A stretch of 64,000 nt of DNA from Azolla caroliniana (Eukaryota > Plantae > Polypodiophyta), in NCBI GenBank assembly GCA_043228905.1, contig JBHGNT010000012.1, positions 21,142,001 to 21,206,000 on the forward strand, given 5' to 3'. This document shows positions 40,191-52,407 of the stretch, in pieces. Position 1 is the stretch's first letter; each line of letters starts with the position of its first letter. The position numbers and the translations under genes were made by a program. The notes beneath the pieces are model-generated. The model was not told the DNA's origin. It did not search any database and saw only the letters and a program-made list of their open reading frames with translations.

Positions 40191-42349
40191 TAGGAATTGG
40201 GGTCCGTCTAGTGCGGAACAAATCAACATTCTTCTAGAGAGAAGATCATAAACGGATACAAGCAAGGTAGATTGATGGCAACAACAAAATCAACAGAAAA
40301 CGAGACGCAACCAAAATGCAAGAGAGAGAGAGGTTAGGCACAAGATGAACTGTATTTTTGGCATCATCAAAACTAGGTTACAAAGTTAGTTTATGTATTG
40401 ACTAACTTAGGGCAACTCCCTTCTCACTATTACATAAATAGCCTAAACATGGTGTGTACAAAGACGACAATGTGAATACGTCCATTAGAGACCCGCATTC
40501 AACACTCCCCCGTAATGGGCATATACATCGAAAAACTGTAAATCGAAATAAATGTACAATACAGATTGATACAAAGTTTTCGAGCAAATCAAAATTTTGT
40601 TCGAGTCGGTGAACTTCGAAAAACAAAAGGCTGAACTGGGCGAGGTTGGGGAAACTAAGACTGGGCTTCGAACTATCTATGATGATTGCTCGAAAGACAA
40701 CTGGAGCTGAGTTAGATTCGACTTGTCGAAACGTTGTCGTGATGTTGCGTGTCCAATGAGAGAAATTGTGAAATAGTGTAGTTCCACGCACATTACACAA
40801 ACAATTATAAATATGAAAATTATCCTAGGGCCTAGTGGCATTCAAGTGCATATAGAGGGGTGCAAGCAAGATTTGAACCTTGCACCTCCAAGATAGAAGA
40901 CATTTAAATCTTACCATTAGGGCTACTACCAAGTACTTTAGATATTATGTATTTCTTTTTATATTCAAAAGGCATAGGAAAACAAAACCGTGTGCACAAA
41001 ACCATGTTCCAAGCCCATGGTTTTGTGCATGCTAGAAGCATCGATAGACCTATAAAAACCCTCGTAAGGCTTGTGTAAAGGGGGGGCTCAATATGTGATA
41101 TCATTATCATCACCATCAATATAATCTTCTTCTTGAGTTTAAAAATCTTTGTTTTTTTTTCAAATGTGGCATTGGTTTCCTCGATTGTAAACATCCACAT
41201 CGTCGTCTTTTCGACAAATTTGTGAACATCCTCCCTGGTCCTTCTTCATAATTTCCCCTTCCGAACCGGATGTCAGGCAGTCTCGCTGAGAGAACCGAAG
41301 GCTAATGGGGAGCAGGGTTCAAGCAGATTTTGCCGATTGCATGTTGAAGCGTTCGAGGACACGTCTAATATAGTTGGATTGGGACAAAAACAATTATCTT
41401 CAATTTTGATTCCGACTAATCTTCATGCCGAGAATGTGTCTTGCCGGACCGAGGTCCTTCATGGAAAACTTCAGCTGCAGTTGCCGAACGAGTTCGACAA
41501 GCTCTCTGGCTTGCCGACCGGAGATTAGCATGTCGTTCACGTAGATGATGAGGAAGATGGGTGACCCATCTCAAGCTGTTTTCGTGAAGAGACAGTGGTC
41601 CTCATCGCTCTTCGAGAAGCCGAATGACTGAATGAAGTCATCGAACTTCTTATACCACTGTCGTGGCACCTATTTCAGGCCGTATAGACTCTTCCTGAGT
41701 CGGCAGACTAGATGTTCTTGGCCGGGTGCCACGAAGCCTTTCAGCTACTCCATATAAATTTCCTCCTCTAGATCACCATGCAGGAATGCCATTTTGACAT
41801 CTAGTTGAATCAGCTCCAAGTCCTCGGCTGCCACAACGCCGAGCATGAGTCTAAGGGTTGTCATTTTCACCACTAGTGAAAAGATTTCATTGAAATCGAC
41901 ACCATATTCCTGTCGAAAACCCTTAGCTACTAGTCTGGCCTTGAATTTTGAGGTGGCTGAATCAGACTTCTCTTTGACTCGATAGACCAGCTTGCATGGA
42001 AGAGCAAATCGATTCATCAGGAGCTCGACCAAGTCCCAAGTTTTGTTTGCTTGAATGGAATTCATCTCGGACTCCATTGCTAGATGCCAAGTGGCCGAAT
42101 TGGCAGATGCCGATGCTTCTTTGTATGACGTCGGTTCTTCGGCATTCGTAAAGAAGATACTAGGAGAGTATCTCTCTAGGGGTTTGACAGTCACTCAAAT
42201 CTTCGAGGTATAACTGGACTGGTCACTTCGGGTATTGATGTTGGATGGTCCGGAGCCGACTTGTTCGGCTGTGTCGAGTTGGTGATCGAGGTTTCAACTA
42301 CTCGTGAAGCCGACCTTGTGTTGTGTGCTAGGCCGTCGTGAAGCGTTGG

Positions 42350-42804
42350 TATTAGAGATCTAGGTACTAAAGTAAGCTTAAGATAAGGATAAAGTAATGA
42401 TAGATAGAAAGGAGAAAGAGAAAGAAGGGTGCCGATCCACCCGACCACCCCCGAGCGAAGGGATAGAGACGGACTCGAGCCTCGATCGGCGTCCCATACC
42501 ACCGTCGCGGCGTCGAGTCGTACCTGGTGCTGGCACACTCGCTACAAGAGTTGACCCACCACAAGAGCAGAGTCTCGATGTAGTCAAAAGATGATCAAAT
42601 GAGGGTAGCTAGGCCTCTTATTTATAGCGATACCCAAGGCCCCTAGGCAAGTTCACACTTGACCTAATGGGTTGTCTCAATCCTGAGGATTAAAAGTAAT
42701 CCTCCCCTTCTGTACACTCTCGTTTAACCCTCACACTTATCCACGTGTATAGAATACTATGGTAAATTCTCACCACGGGATATTAAATGGTCATGCCCGT
42801 AACA
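42350..42804 (-). mobile_element. Solo LTR (455 bp) inserted between INT and RT of the old Copia
   Basis: 5-bp TSD gttgg (42345-42349, 42805-42809); minus-strand ends TGTTAC...TCTAATA (CA decayed); minus-strand TATA gctataaataag. Confidence 0.8.
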
Positions 42805-45199
42805 GTTGGCACATCCGAGAAAATTACCCTTTCGACTTCGATTGACTTTTCGGCCGATTGATGCATGGCTGACTCATTGAACACTAAGTTTGAACTTCAG
42901 ACGATCTGTCTATGCTCGGGGTCCCAGAGTCGGTATCTGATTTTCCCATCTACTCCATAACCGAGGAAAATACATTTCCTGGACCTTCATGCAAGTTTGC
43001 GGCCATCATCTTTCGGTATGAGGTCATATACCTCGCACCCGAAGATCCTCAACTTGTCGTAATTCGGTTTACTACCGGTCCATAATTCCTAAGGTATCTT
43101 AAGTCCTAGAGGCCTACTCGACAATATATTGATAATCTGTACTACCATAAGTAGGGCCTCTGCCCAGAAGCCATTCGAGAGTCCAGAGTGTTGGAGCATG
43201 GAGACTATCCTTTCTTGAATTGTCTTATTCATCCTCTCGGCAATTTCGTTCTACTCTGGACTATAGGATGCCGTATATTCACGTCGTATGCCGCGTTGTC
43301 AACACAATCTGATGAATTCTTCAGATTTGAACTCTCCCCCGTTGTCGGTTCGAAACCATTTCAGTTTTTGGCTGGACTGATTCTCGACCATAGCGAGCCA
43401 ATCGGAAAAGATCGACAACACTTGATCTTTGGTTTTGATCGGATAAGCCCACACCTTCCGAGTCAAGTCGTCAATAAAGCTAACGAAGTACCGAGCACCG
43501 TCGAGAGACTGATGTGGCATAGGGCCATAGACGCTCGAGTGGACCAAATCGAGTGGATTCAGTTCTCTTGGTGTTGATGTCGGATGTGATGCGGCTATCT
43601 ATTTGTTGTATTGGCAATGCTCGTAGAACTGATGATAAGAGAAGGAGAGTTTAGGGATGTATCCAATTCTGGATAAATGTGTGATGTTGTCCTTGCCGAG
43701 GTGTTCGAGTCATCCATACCATAGTGATGACACGGGAATGTCGACCAAGAACAAGTCACCCTCTCCGACTGTGATGTATAGCGGGTACAACGAGTGTACT
43801 TTCGGTCCTCGAGCAAGCAGGAGGTTCCACCCTCCCGATGAGAAGCCGACACGGATGCCTTATTCGTCCAATTGTCCGACTAAGATCAAGGTCTTGAGAG
43901 ATAAGGTACATGTTAGACATTATATAGTACCAATGTAGAGCCACTTGAAGGTTGAGCTCTACTGTGCCGATTCTGATAATTGCACAGTGCTGCAAATTTC
44001 TGACTCGAATTGAGTTAGAATGTTGGGTTGAGTATTGCTAAAATTGTGAAAGGATGCACCCAAATCCAAGAGCCGTGTGCTTGATTCATTAGTTGTAAGC
44101 AGAACTTTTGATTTGACTAGGTTTTCAATGGATAGAATGTTTGGGTCGTTCGACACTACTTCGGCTGAAGAGCCGACATAGTGTATCTCCTCATGCCGGC
44201 CACTCTTCTGATTAGCTCGTTGAGCCTTATCGTTTTTGGCCTTGAGTGCACAACAATCGGCTTTGATGTGTCTGGGTTTCTTGCAATAATTGCAGACTCA
44301 ATTATCCCGGGACTTGCTCCGACTTCACTGATTGTTTGGCTGCCGTGAAGAACCTCTTCCTCGGTTATTCGGTCGGTCGGTCAAACCTTGTACTACGTAA
44401 GCATCGTTGGCCGAATCGTTTGCAAACGTTTTTCTTTGAGCTACTTCAATAAGAATTGCGCTCGTGACTAAGGAGAACTTAACGACAACAGTCAACGCAT
44501 TGCACATAGTTGTAACAAAAGTTTCCCACGAAGGGGGAAGACTACTCATAAGCAACATTGCTCTTAGTTCATCCTCGATAGTCATCCCCTAAGCCGCAAT
44601 TTGCAAACTTAAGCTTTCGTACTCGTTCAGGTGTGCCTGGACCGAGTCGGATTCTTTCATCCGAAGATTATAAAGGTGTCGAATCAAATATATCTTGGTG
44701 GTGGCTACCTTCTTCTCATAAGTGTCCTACTGTAATGTCTTCCATAGTTGAAAGGCAGTCGAACACGATTGCACCATGAAGTACACAGACTTGGATAGGT
44801 GCATCTGAATGGTGACTCGGACAATTCTGTCGAGCTTCTCCCATTCAAGCGGCTTGTATCCTTCTAGAGCATTTTCATTTTCCATGGGGTCGATTTGCCC
44901 CTTGACTATTAAATAGTCTTGCATCTGCTCCTAGAAGTTGATGTTCAATCCGTCGAATTTCTTTAGACTCATCCCTGACGAGCCGGATATTGATGCCATC
45001 TGTGTTGGCTTGATAGACTTTGTCTGGAGTCGACCACGAACAGTGGTGGGGTGTGGCTGTTGTTGGGATTTCGGTCCCTCCGGATGGGATGTCCCCGGAG
45101 ATAAATGACGGCAAGCCCGGTTGCGGTTACGGAACCGGACGATGAAGAGTACCCGGCATGAAGCCGGATGAAGTGTACCCGGATGCGGATCCGGATGAT

Positions 45200-45310
45200 G
45201 AAGACCCCGGTTACGGAACCGGATGCTGAAGACCCCGACTACGGAGCCGGATGACGAAGACCCGGCTACGGAGCCGGAAGACGAAGACCCGGCTACGGAG
45301 CCGGATGATG
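45200..45310 (+). repeat. 27-28-bp tandem repeats in Copia U3 (also at about 50051-50161)
   Basis: gaagacccggctacggagccggatgac occurs about 4 times, with looser copies upstream. Confidence 0.85.
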
Positions 45311-45496
45311 AATGTACCCGGAGAGAGAGAGATCCGGATGCGGGGACATACTTATAAATATGTTTGCCAAGGGCCCTTGAGGCTATATTTGTAAATAGCC
45401 CGAAAGTCATATGTGTATAAATATGACTTAGGGCAAACAGTTTTATGTTGTTGCTCATTCTGTGTTTTCAGTCGAGAGAGCGAAGTGAGAGCAGCC

Positions 45497-45532
<36 letters not shown>

Positions 45533-45827
45533 CGAAGAGGTCGTTGCCTCGGTGTATTACCGCCGCCTGTGGCGAAGACAGTGAGCCCAAGGTCGTTGCC
45601 TTGCAGCTTGCCATTGTATATTTCTCTGTGCATAGTTTTGGTTTGGAGTTTTGCACTCCCGTGGTTTTTCCCATTTAGGGTTTTCCACGTAAAACATCCT
45701 GTGTACTCTTCTCTCCATTATCTTCGTGCATTTGTATTTCCTGTTTTCTGTGAGTTAATCCTATTTATCGGTTGTGGCCGAGCACTGGATTCAACAAAGT
45801 GGTATCAGAGCGACGGTAACACAGAAA

Positions 45828-48800
45828 ATGGAAGGCGGCAGCAGCGGGCAGCCGGGGATGATGGTGCTGAATGCGCAGAATTACGCCGACTGGAAGATCA
45901 AGATGGAGGATCTTCTGATTGTTCGGGACCTGTACGAACCGATTGACAGGTCGGAAATACCGAAGGGGGTACTTGAGACGGAATGGAGGCTTCTGAACCG
46001 GAAAGCCGTAGCGACGATCCGGCAATATGTCGATGTAAGCGTCCTACAACATGTGGCGAACGACACCAACGCATATGAGATGTGGAAGAAGCTGTCGGGC
46101 CTCTACGAGAGGAAGAACGCGTTGAACCGAACCTCCCTGATGAGGAAGATAGTGAACCTCAAGTACCGGGACGGCGAGAGTATGGTGGAACACGTAAGCA
46201 CGTTCATGGGATTCGTGAACCAGCTTGCGGCGATCAAGTTCCCGTTGGAGGATGCAATGCAAGCCATCATTCTGATGTGTACATTGCCGGAAAGCTGGGA
46301 GAACTTGGTGGTGACACTCAGCACCTCCTGCACCGAAGATAACTTGTCTCTACAAACGGTAAAGACAAGCATTCTAAATGAAGAAGCGCGTCGGAGAGAT
46401 AAAGAACCGGCCTCTGACTCGAAGGCGCTGCTTACCGAATCGGAACGGGGAAGACAATGGAACCGGAGTCCGCAAAGACGGGAGAAGTCGGGGACCCGGT
46501 CGCAGTCAAGAGGAAGACCCACATGCTTCCACTGTGGGAAGCCGGGGCACTTCCGGAAGAATTGTCGGCATTACCGAAAAGACAACGGAGCCGACGACAC
46601 CGATTCGAAGAAGTCACCGGAGAGAAACGGTGCATACCGGGGAGCCACGGACCGGAGAGGTTCGGATCGGCGAGGGCAGGACCGGAAAGGAACGACGGCA
46701 CTCGCGGCAAGTGAAGAGGAGATCATGCTCATTACCGAAGAGACGGAGCTGAACCTTGCCGGTGAGGAGATGACCTGGGTGGTCGATTCCGGAGCATCGT
46801 TCCATCTGACCCCGGAGAAGAAATACTTCTCATCCTACACAGCCGGTGAGCACGGCTGTGTCCGGATGGGAAATGAAGGTACGTGCCGGATTGCCGGCAT
46901 AGGAGACGTGTGGCTGATGACATCAACCGGATGCAAGATGCTGCTGAAGGATGTGCGACACGTTCCGGAGGTCCGATTGAACCTGATCTCGGCTGGGAGG
47001 CTAGATGATGAAGGCTACACGGGTAGCATCCGGAACGGTGTCATGAAGTTCAGTAAGGGGAGCCTGATAGTGGCTCGGGCCCGGAAGGTCAACACGCTGT
47101 ACCTGATGAATTCCCGGCTATGTCCGGAGGAGCTGAACGTGGCAGCCGACACTGCCGGTGAGCTGTGGCACAAGAGACTGTGCCACATGAGTGAGAAAGG
47201 GATGAAGAGGCTTGCAGAAGACAACCTTATTCCAGTGAAGCATGTGCACCTGGAGAAGTGCACCGATTGCCTGGCCGGTAAGCAGAACCGAACCTCTTTC
47301 CACTCAAGGCCACCGACGAGACGTGGCGCACCATTGGAGTTGGTGCACACTGATGTGTGTCAGGTAGAAACGAAGTCACATGGCGGAGCCCAGTACTTCG
47401 TAACCTTCATAGATGATCACAGCCGAAGACTGTGGACGGCACCGTTGAAGACAAAGGACCAAGTGTTGTCCGTCTTCAAAGAACTCCATGCAAGAGTGGA
47501 AAGAGAATCCGGCAAGAAGCTGAAAGCGATACGAGCGGATAACGGAGGGGAATACCGGGGGCAGTTCCAGGAGTACTGTCGCTCGAAGGGAATCCGACTC
47601 GAGTTTACTGTGCCGAAGACGCCGGAACTGAACGGGCTGGCCGAGAGGATGAACCGGACCATAATGGAGAGGGTCCGGAGTATGCTGGCGCATGCGAAAT
47701 TACCCAAGGGATTTTGGGCTGAGGCAATGTCGACGGCGACATATGTGATAAATAGATCACCCTCAGTACCTTTGGACGGAGACACGCCGCAGAGAGTGTG
47801 GACCGGTAGGGAAGTATCCTACCGGCATCTGAAGGTGTTCGGGTGTCTCGCATATGTGCATGTGGCAAAGGACCGGAGAGGAAAGCTAGATCCAAAGACC
47901 CGTCCATGCATATTCCTCGGTTACGGCGACGACGAGTTCGGCTACCGAGTATGGGACCCGGTCGACAAGAAGATATTCAGGAGTCGTGATATCATCTTCA
48001 TGGAGGACAAGACACTCGCCGACTGGGAGTCGGAGAAGAAGATGAAGAGCTCCAAGTCGACCGGTGAGAATCAACTCTACGAGGAGCAGTCCCGACCGGC
48101 AAGGGACCGGTTAGCACTCGAGGATCCGGCCGAAGACGGTGAAGAAACAGAACCGGCCGAAGAAGATGAAAATGATACCGGAACCGGCCCCGATCCCGAA
48201 ATGGATTCGGATGAAGAAGAATCGGAAGAACCGGTTACCGAAGCTCCGGAACGGAGATATCCTCTAAGAGAGAGAAGGGCCCCCCGGAGATTTCCGGAAC
48301 CAGAGCACGTGCTGCTAACCGACGAGGGGGAGCCGGAGAGTTTTGAAGAAGCAAAGCATGACACCAAGAGCCGCAGGTGGTTGAGTGCCATGCAGGACGA
48401 GATGGATTCCCTGCATGAGAACCACACATATGAACTTGTGGAGTTGCCGAAGGGAAAGCGGGCACTTCGAAACAAGTGGGTGTTCAAGCTGAAACCGGGA
48501 GATGCCGGAAACCCCTCGAGATACAAAGCCAGGATCGTGGTGAAGGGGTTTCAGCAGAAGAAGGGCGTCGACTTCGACGAGATATTCGCCCCGGTAGTGA
48601 AGATGACCTCCATTCGGACGGTGCTGAGCATAGCGGCAAGCATGGACCTCGAGGTAGAACAGATGGACGTGAAGACGGCATTCCTTCACGGTGACCTCGA
48701 AGAAGAGATATACATGCAGCAACCGGAAGGATTCGAGAAGAAAGGGAAGGAGCACCTGGTATGCCGGTTGAAGAAGAGCCTTTACGGACTGAAGCAGGCT

Positions 48801-49901
48801 CCCCGGCAATGGTACCGGAAGTTCGACTCCTTCATGACCGACGAAGGGTACCTCAAAACGCAGTCCGACCACTGCGTGTTTGTGAAGAAGTTCGAAGGAG
48901 GAGACTTTCTAATACTCCTCCTGTACGTGGACGACATGTTGATCGTCGGACGGGACCAGGTCAAGATACGGATGCTGAAGAAGGCTCTTCACCGAACCTT
49001 CTCAATGAAGGACCTGGGTCAGGCAAGGCAAATATTAGGGATGCACATCATCCGGGACCGGAAGAAGAAGCAGTTGTGGCTGTCACAGGAGAAGTACGTG
49101 ACGAAGGTGCTTCACCGGTTCAACATGTCGGAGGCAAGACCGGTCGGATCGACCCTCCCGGCAAACTGCAAGCTGTCCAGCAAGCAAAGCCCCAAGACAA
49201 AGGCTGAAAAGGAGGATATGATGAAAGTGCCGTATGCCTCAGCCGTCGGGAGCTTGATGTACGCCATGGTGTGTACGAGACCGGACATCGGATATGCAGT
49301 CGGAGTGGTGAGCCGGTACATGAGCAATCCCGGCAAAGAGCATTGGAACGCGATCAAATGGATACTGCGATACCTGAAGGGCACAGCGAATGTGTGCCTC
49401 CGATTCGGCTCCGGTAAACCCGAACTCGACGGTTTCACCGATTCGGATATGTCGGCTGATGAAGATACCAGCCGGTCCACGTCAGGGTATGTGATGACGT
49501 ATGCAGGGGGAGCCGTTTCGTGGCAGTCGAGGCTGCAGAAGACGGTTGCGTTGTCAACCACGGAGGCGGAGTACATGGCAGCTGTTGAAGCCGGCAAGGA
49601 AGTAATATGGATGAAGGACTTCATTAGAGAGCTCGGTATCCGGCAGGAGGAGTACCGACTCTACTGCGACAGTCAAAGTGCAATCCACCTTGCGAAGAAC
49701 GCGGCCTATCACTCCCGGACGAAGCACATCCAGCGAAGATATCACTGGATCCGGGAAAGGATAGAAGACAAGGAGTTCGTGCTGACAAAGATCCACACGG
49801 ACGAGAACGGGTCGGATATGCTGACCAAGGTGCTCACACCCGACAAGCTGGAAGCATGCCGGAAGAGGATCGGTTTGGAGAGACATCCCATGCCGAAGTG
49901 A
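45828..49901 (+). CDS. Copia gag-pol polyprotein (Gag, CCHC knuckle, protease, integrase, RT, RNase H)
   Basis: CFHCGKPGHFRKNC, WVVDSGASFH, LWHKRLCH...CTDC, IRADNGGEY, AERMNRT, YKARIVVKGF, LYVDDML, STTEAEY, YCDSQSA, RTKHI. Confidence 0.96.
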   Translation: MEGGSSGQPGMMVLNAQNYADWKIKMEDLLIVRDLYEPIDRSEIPKGVLETEWRLLNRKAVATIRQYVDVSVLQHVANDTNAYEMWKKLSGLYERKNALNRTSLMRKIVNLKYRDGESMVEHVSTFMGFVNQLAAIKFPLEDAMQAIILMCTLPESWENLVVTLSTSCTEDNLSLQTVKTSILNEEARRRDKEPASDSKALLTESERGRQWNRSPQRREKSGTRSQSRGRPTCFHCGKPGHFRKNCRHYRKDNGADDTDSKKSPERNGAYRGATDRRGSDRRGQDRKGTTALAASEEEIMLITEETELNLAGEEMTWVVDSGASFHLTPEKKYFSSYTAGEHGCVRMGNEGTCRIAGIGDVWLMTSTGCKMLLKDVRHVPEVRLNLISAGRLDDEGYTGSIRNGVMKFSKGSLIVARARKVNTLYLMNSRLCPEELNVAADTAGELWHKRLCHMSEKGMKRLAEDNLIPVKHVHLEKCTDCLAGKQNRTSFHSRPPTRRGAPLELVHTDVCQVETKSHGGAQYFVTFIDDHSRRLWTAPLKTKDQVLSVFKELHARVERESGKKLKAIRADNGGEYRGQFQEYCRSKGIRLEFTVPKTPELNGLAERMNRTIMERVRSMLAHAKLPKGFWAEAMSTATYVINRSPSVPLDGDTPQRVWTGREVSYRHLKVFGCLAYVHVAKDRRGKLDPKTRPCIFLGYGDDEFGYRVWDPVDKKIFRSRDIIFMEDKTLADWESEKKMKSSKSTGENQLYEEQSRPARDRLALEDPAEDGEETEPAEEDENDTGTGPDPEMDSDEEESEEPVTEAPERRYPLRERRAPRRFPEPEHVLLTDEGEPESFEEAKHDTKSRRWLSAMQDEMDSLHENHTYELVELPKGKRALRNKWVFKLKPGDAGNPSRYKARIVVKGFQQKKGVDFDEIFAPVVKMTSIRTVLSIAASMDLEVEQMDVKTAFLHGDLEEEIYMQQPEGFEKKGKEHLVCRLKKSLYGLKQAPRQWYRKFDSFMTDEGYLKTQSDHCVFVKKFEGGDFLILLLYVDDMLIVGRDQVKIRMLKKALHRTFSMKDLGQARQILGMHIIRDRKKKQLWLSQEKYVTKVLHRFNMSEARPVGSTLPANCKLSSKQSPKTKAEKEDMMKVPYASAVGSLMYAMVCTRPDIGYAVGVVSRYMSNPGKEHWNAIKWILRYLKGTANVCLRFGSGKPELDGFTDSDMSADEDTSRSTSGYVMTYAGGAVSWQSRLQKTVALSTTEAEYMAAVEAGKEVIWMKDFIRELGIRQEEYRLYCDSQSAIHLAKNAAYHSRTKHIQRRYHWIRERIEDKEFVLTKIHTDENGSDMLTKVLTPDKLEACRKRIGLERHPMPK

Positions 49902-50347
49902 AGGGGGAGTTTGTTGGGATTTCGGTCCCTCCGGATGGGATGTCCCCGGAGATAAATGACGGCAAGCCCGGTTGCGGTTACGGAACCGGACGATGAAGAG
50001 TACCCGGCATGAAGCCGGATGAAGTGTACCCGGATGCGGATCCGGATGATGAAGACCCCGGTTACGGAACCGGATGCTGAAGACCCCGACTACGGAGCCG
50101 GATGACGAAGACCCGGCTACGGAGCCGGAAGACGAAGACCCGGCTACGGAGCCGGATGATGAATGTACCCGGAGAGAGAGAGATCCGGATGCGGGGACAT
50201 ACTTATAAATATGTTTGCCAAGGGCCCTTGAGGCTATATTTGTAAATAGCCCGAAAGTCATATGTGTATAAATATGACTTAGGGCAAACAGTTTTATGTT
50301 GTTGCTCATTCTGTGTTTTCAGTCGAGAGAGCGAAGTGAGAGCAGCC

Positions 50348-50383
<36 letters not shown>

Positions 50384-52367
50384 CGAAGAGGTCGTTGCCT
50401 CGGTGTATTACCGCCGCCTGTGGCGAAGACAGTGAGCCCAAGGTCGTTGCCTTGCAGCTTGCCATTGTATATTTCTCTGTGCATAGTTTTGGTTTGGAGT
50501 TTTGCACTCCCGTGGTTTTTCCCATTTAGGGTTTTCCACGTAAAACATCCTGTGTACTCTTCTCTCCATTATCTTCGTGCATTTGTATTTCCTGTTTTCT
50601 GTGAGTTAATCCTATTTATCGGTTGTGGCCGAGCACTGGATTCAACAGCTGTCTGGCTCACTCAATGCCATTCTAGCCGAAATTGGACACAAGTCGAATC
50701 GGTTTCGACTATTACCCGATTTCGATTTCGAATGGTGATTTTCGAGCTTTTCGAACACAGAGTATGTGTCGATTATCTAGGTCGATCTTGCTTCAGGCGA
50801 TTATGACAATGAGAGGAACAGATTCGACTAACTCTTCTGAATGTTGTCTAGCCGAATTAAGCACGGAAGGGGGTTGTTCCTAGACCCTAGACTACTACGA
50901 GCGAGTGAAGCGTCAGGCAACCTATTCAATTGTTGTCTAATCCAATGTAGTATGGTTGAGGCAGAGCTTGTGAATCGAAGTCTCACTCCGAGCGGCTACA
51001 ATCACAAGAGTGAAGTGCAACCGATTGACTCGCTTCAATGTTGATTTAGAATAGTGAGTGCAAAATTTATCGGTGTTTCCCTTTGCGAAAACGATCTTGT
51101 AGAGAGTTGCCAATCAAGATCTTCACGGTGTACAGAAGAAGAGTTGTTGATGGAGACTAGATAGACGACGACAACAGAATCGAAAGAACCTCGAGCTCTG
51201 ATACCAGATGTTGGTAACATGGTTGTCTAGTGCGGAACAAATTGACATTCTTCTAGAGAGAAGATCACAAACCGATACAAGCAAGGTAGATTGATGGCAA
51301 CAACAGAATCGATAGAAAACGAGATGCAACCAGAATGCAAGAGAGAGAGAGAGACGTTAGGCACAAGATGAATTGTATTTTTGGAATCATCAAAACTAGG
51401 TTACAAAGTCAGTTTATATACTCACTAACTTAGGGAAACTACCCTTCTTATTGTTTACATAAATAGCCTAAACCTAGTGTGTACAAAGGAAGACAATGTG
51501 AATACGTCCATTAGAGACCCACATTCAACAGTTTAGGAGCTAGAGGGTTTTTTTGAAAATGGACGGTGTCGCGAAGAAAACCGTCCATAGGCGGAATCGG
51601 CGCACCTAGGCGTGGGTACCGGTTCTTCACGCGCGCAAGCTCCAAGTTGTACATAGAAGCGAGTTAGGAGGATAACCGGCAGGAACGGGCCCTAACACAA
51701 GTGGAGACAAAGACCACGCGAACAGTCTTTTCGGTCGCGCGCGCGAGTTAAGGAACTGTACGAGTCGGAGGCGTAACTACGCGAATGCGTGAAGAACGGA
51801 GCGGATCCCTGTCCAAAAGGGACAGGGAATAAAGCTGACATGACGGCCTGCTCGTCGGATATATAAGGAGCAGGAAAGAGCTGTTGCAGATCTCTCGAAG
51901 GGGGGAGAGAGGACGAAGTGCTGTCGGACCGTTTCTGGACGCTTCTCTCTCTGTTTCCTTCCTTCTTGAGCTCCATAGCTTTCTGTGCAGGGTTCCGAGG
52001 AGGCTCGCGCTGTTTCGAGGAACGCCCGAGTGCTTCCGGCAGCACCTCCGAGCTGCTACCCCGTTTGTGCGTCGAAGCGAACAGGCATCGGCATCTGTTC
52101 GCCGGCCTGTTCGGTTGTAACCAACCTGTGCCCCATCGAGGGTTGTAGTCGTGTTAGCCATTTTTGTTAATATACATATTTAGTCGTTCGCGTCTGTCTG
52201 TGTCGGTCTCTGTTCGCGTTCTCCGTGCTGAAGGGCCGTGTCCCTGTGTATCCCCGGTCCTGCGTAGCCGGTTCTCCCTCTTTCTCCTCCCTCGCTTGCT
52301 CTTTGGTTCGAGACCCCCGCGGTCCCGCCTCATCTCCACACGCACTTGCAAAATATCTCGACATCTT

Positions 52368-52385
52368 TGGTGAACCCGACGTGAA
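52368..52385 (+). promoter_or_regulatory. Primer binding site complementary to tRNA-Trp
   Basis: tggtgaacccgacgtgaa is the reverse complement of the 3' end of plant cytosolic tRNA-Trp (TTCACGTCGGGTTCACCA, recalled from memory). Confidence 0.85.
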
Positions 52386-52407
52386 AGAGGCGGCAGAAGA
52401 GCAGAAG

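Larger units (their letters stand above)
45061..50647 (+). mobile_element. Intact, very young Ty1/Copia LTR retrotransposon (Tnt1/Tork-like)
   Basis: 736-bp LTRs at 45061-45796 and 49912-50647 with no difference seen by eye; TSD gctgt; PBS tggtatcagagc (45800-45811); PPT gaagggggag (49900-49909); uninterrupted ORF. Confidence 0.97.
40206..51530 (-). mobile_element. Old Ty1/Copia element hosting nested insertions
   Basis: 5' LTR 51209-51530; tRNA-iMet PBS (gctctgatacca, 51195-51206); 3' LTR about 40206-40504 with PPT at 40505-40512. gag from 44999 (LLMSSLPPSWETFV), PR (LLDLGASFH), INT (RYFVSFIDD, RTDNGGEF), RT ([22 protein letters not shown]). RNase H appears deleted; no TSD found. Confidence 0.85.

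Noticed and set aside
45200-45310. Repeat array as a possible CRISPR
   Set aside because: Head-to-tail repeats with no unique spacers, inside a eukaryotic LTR.
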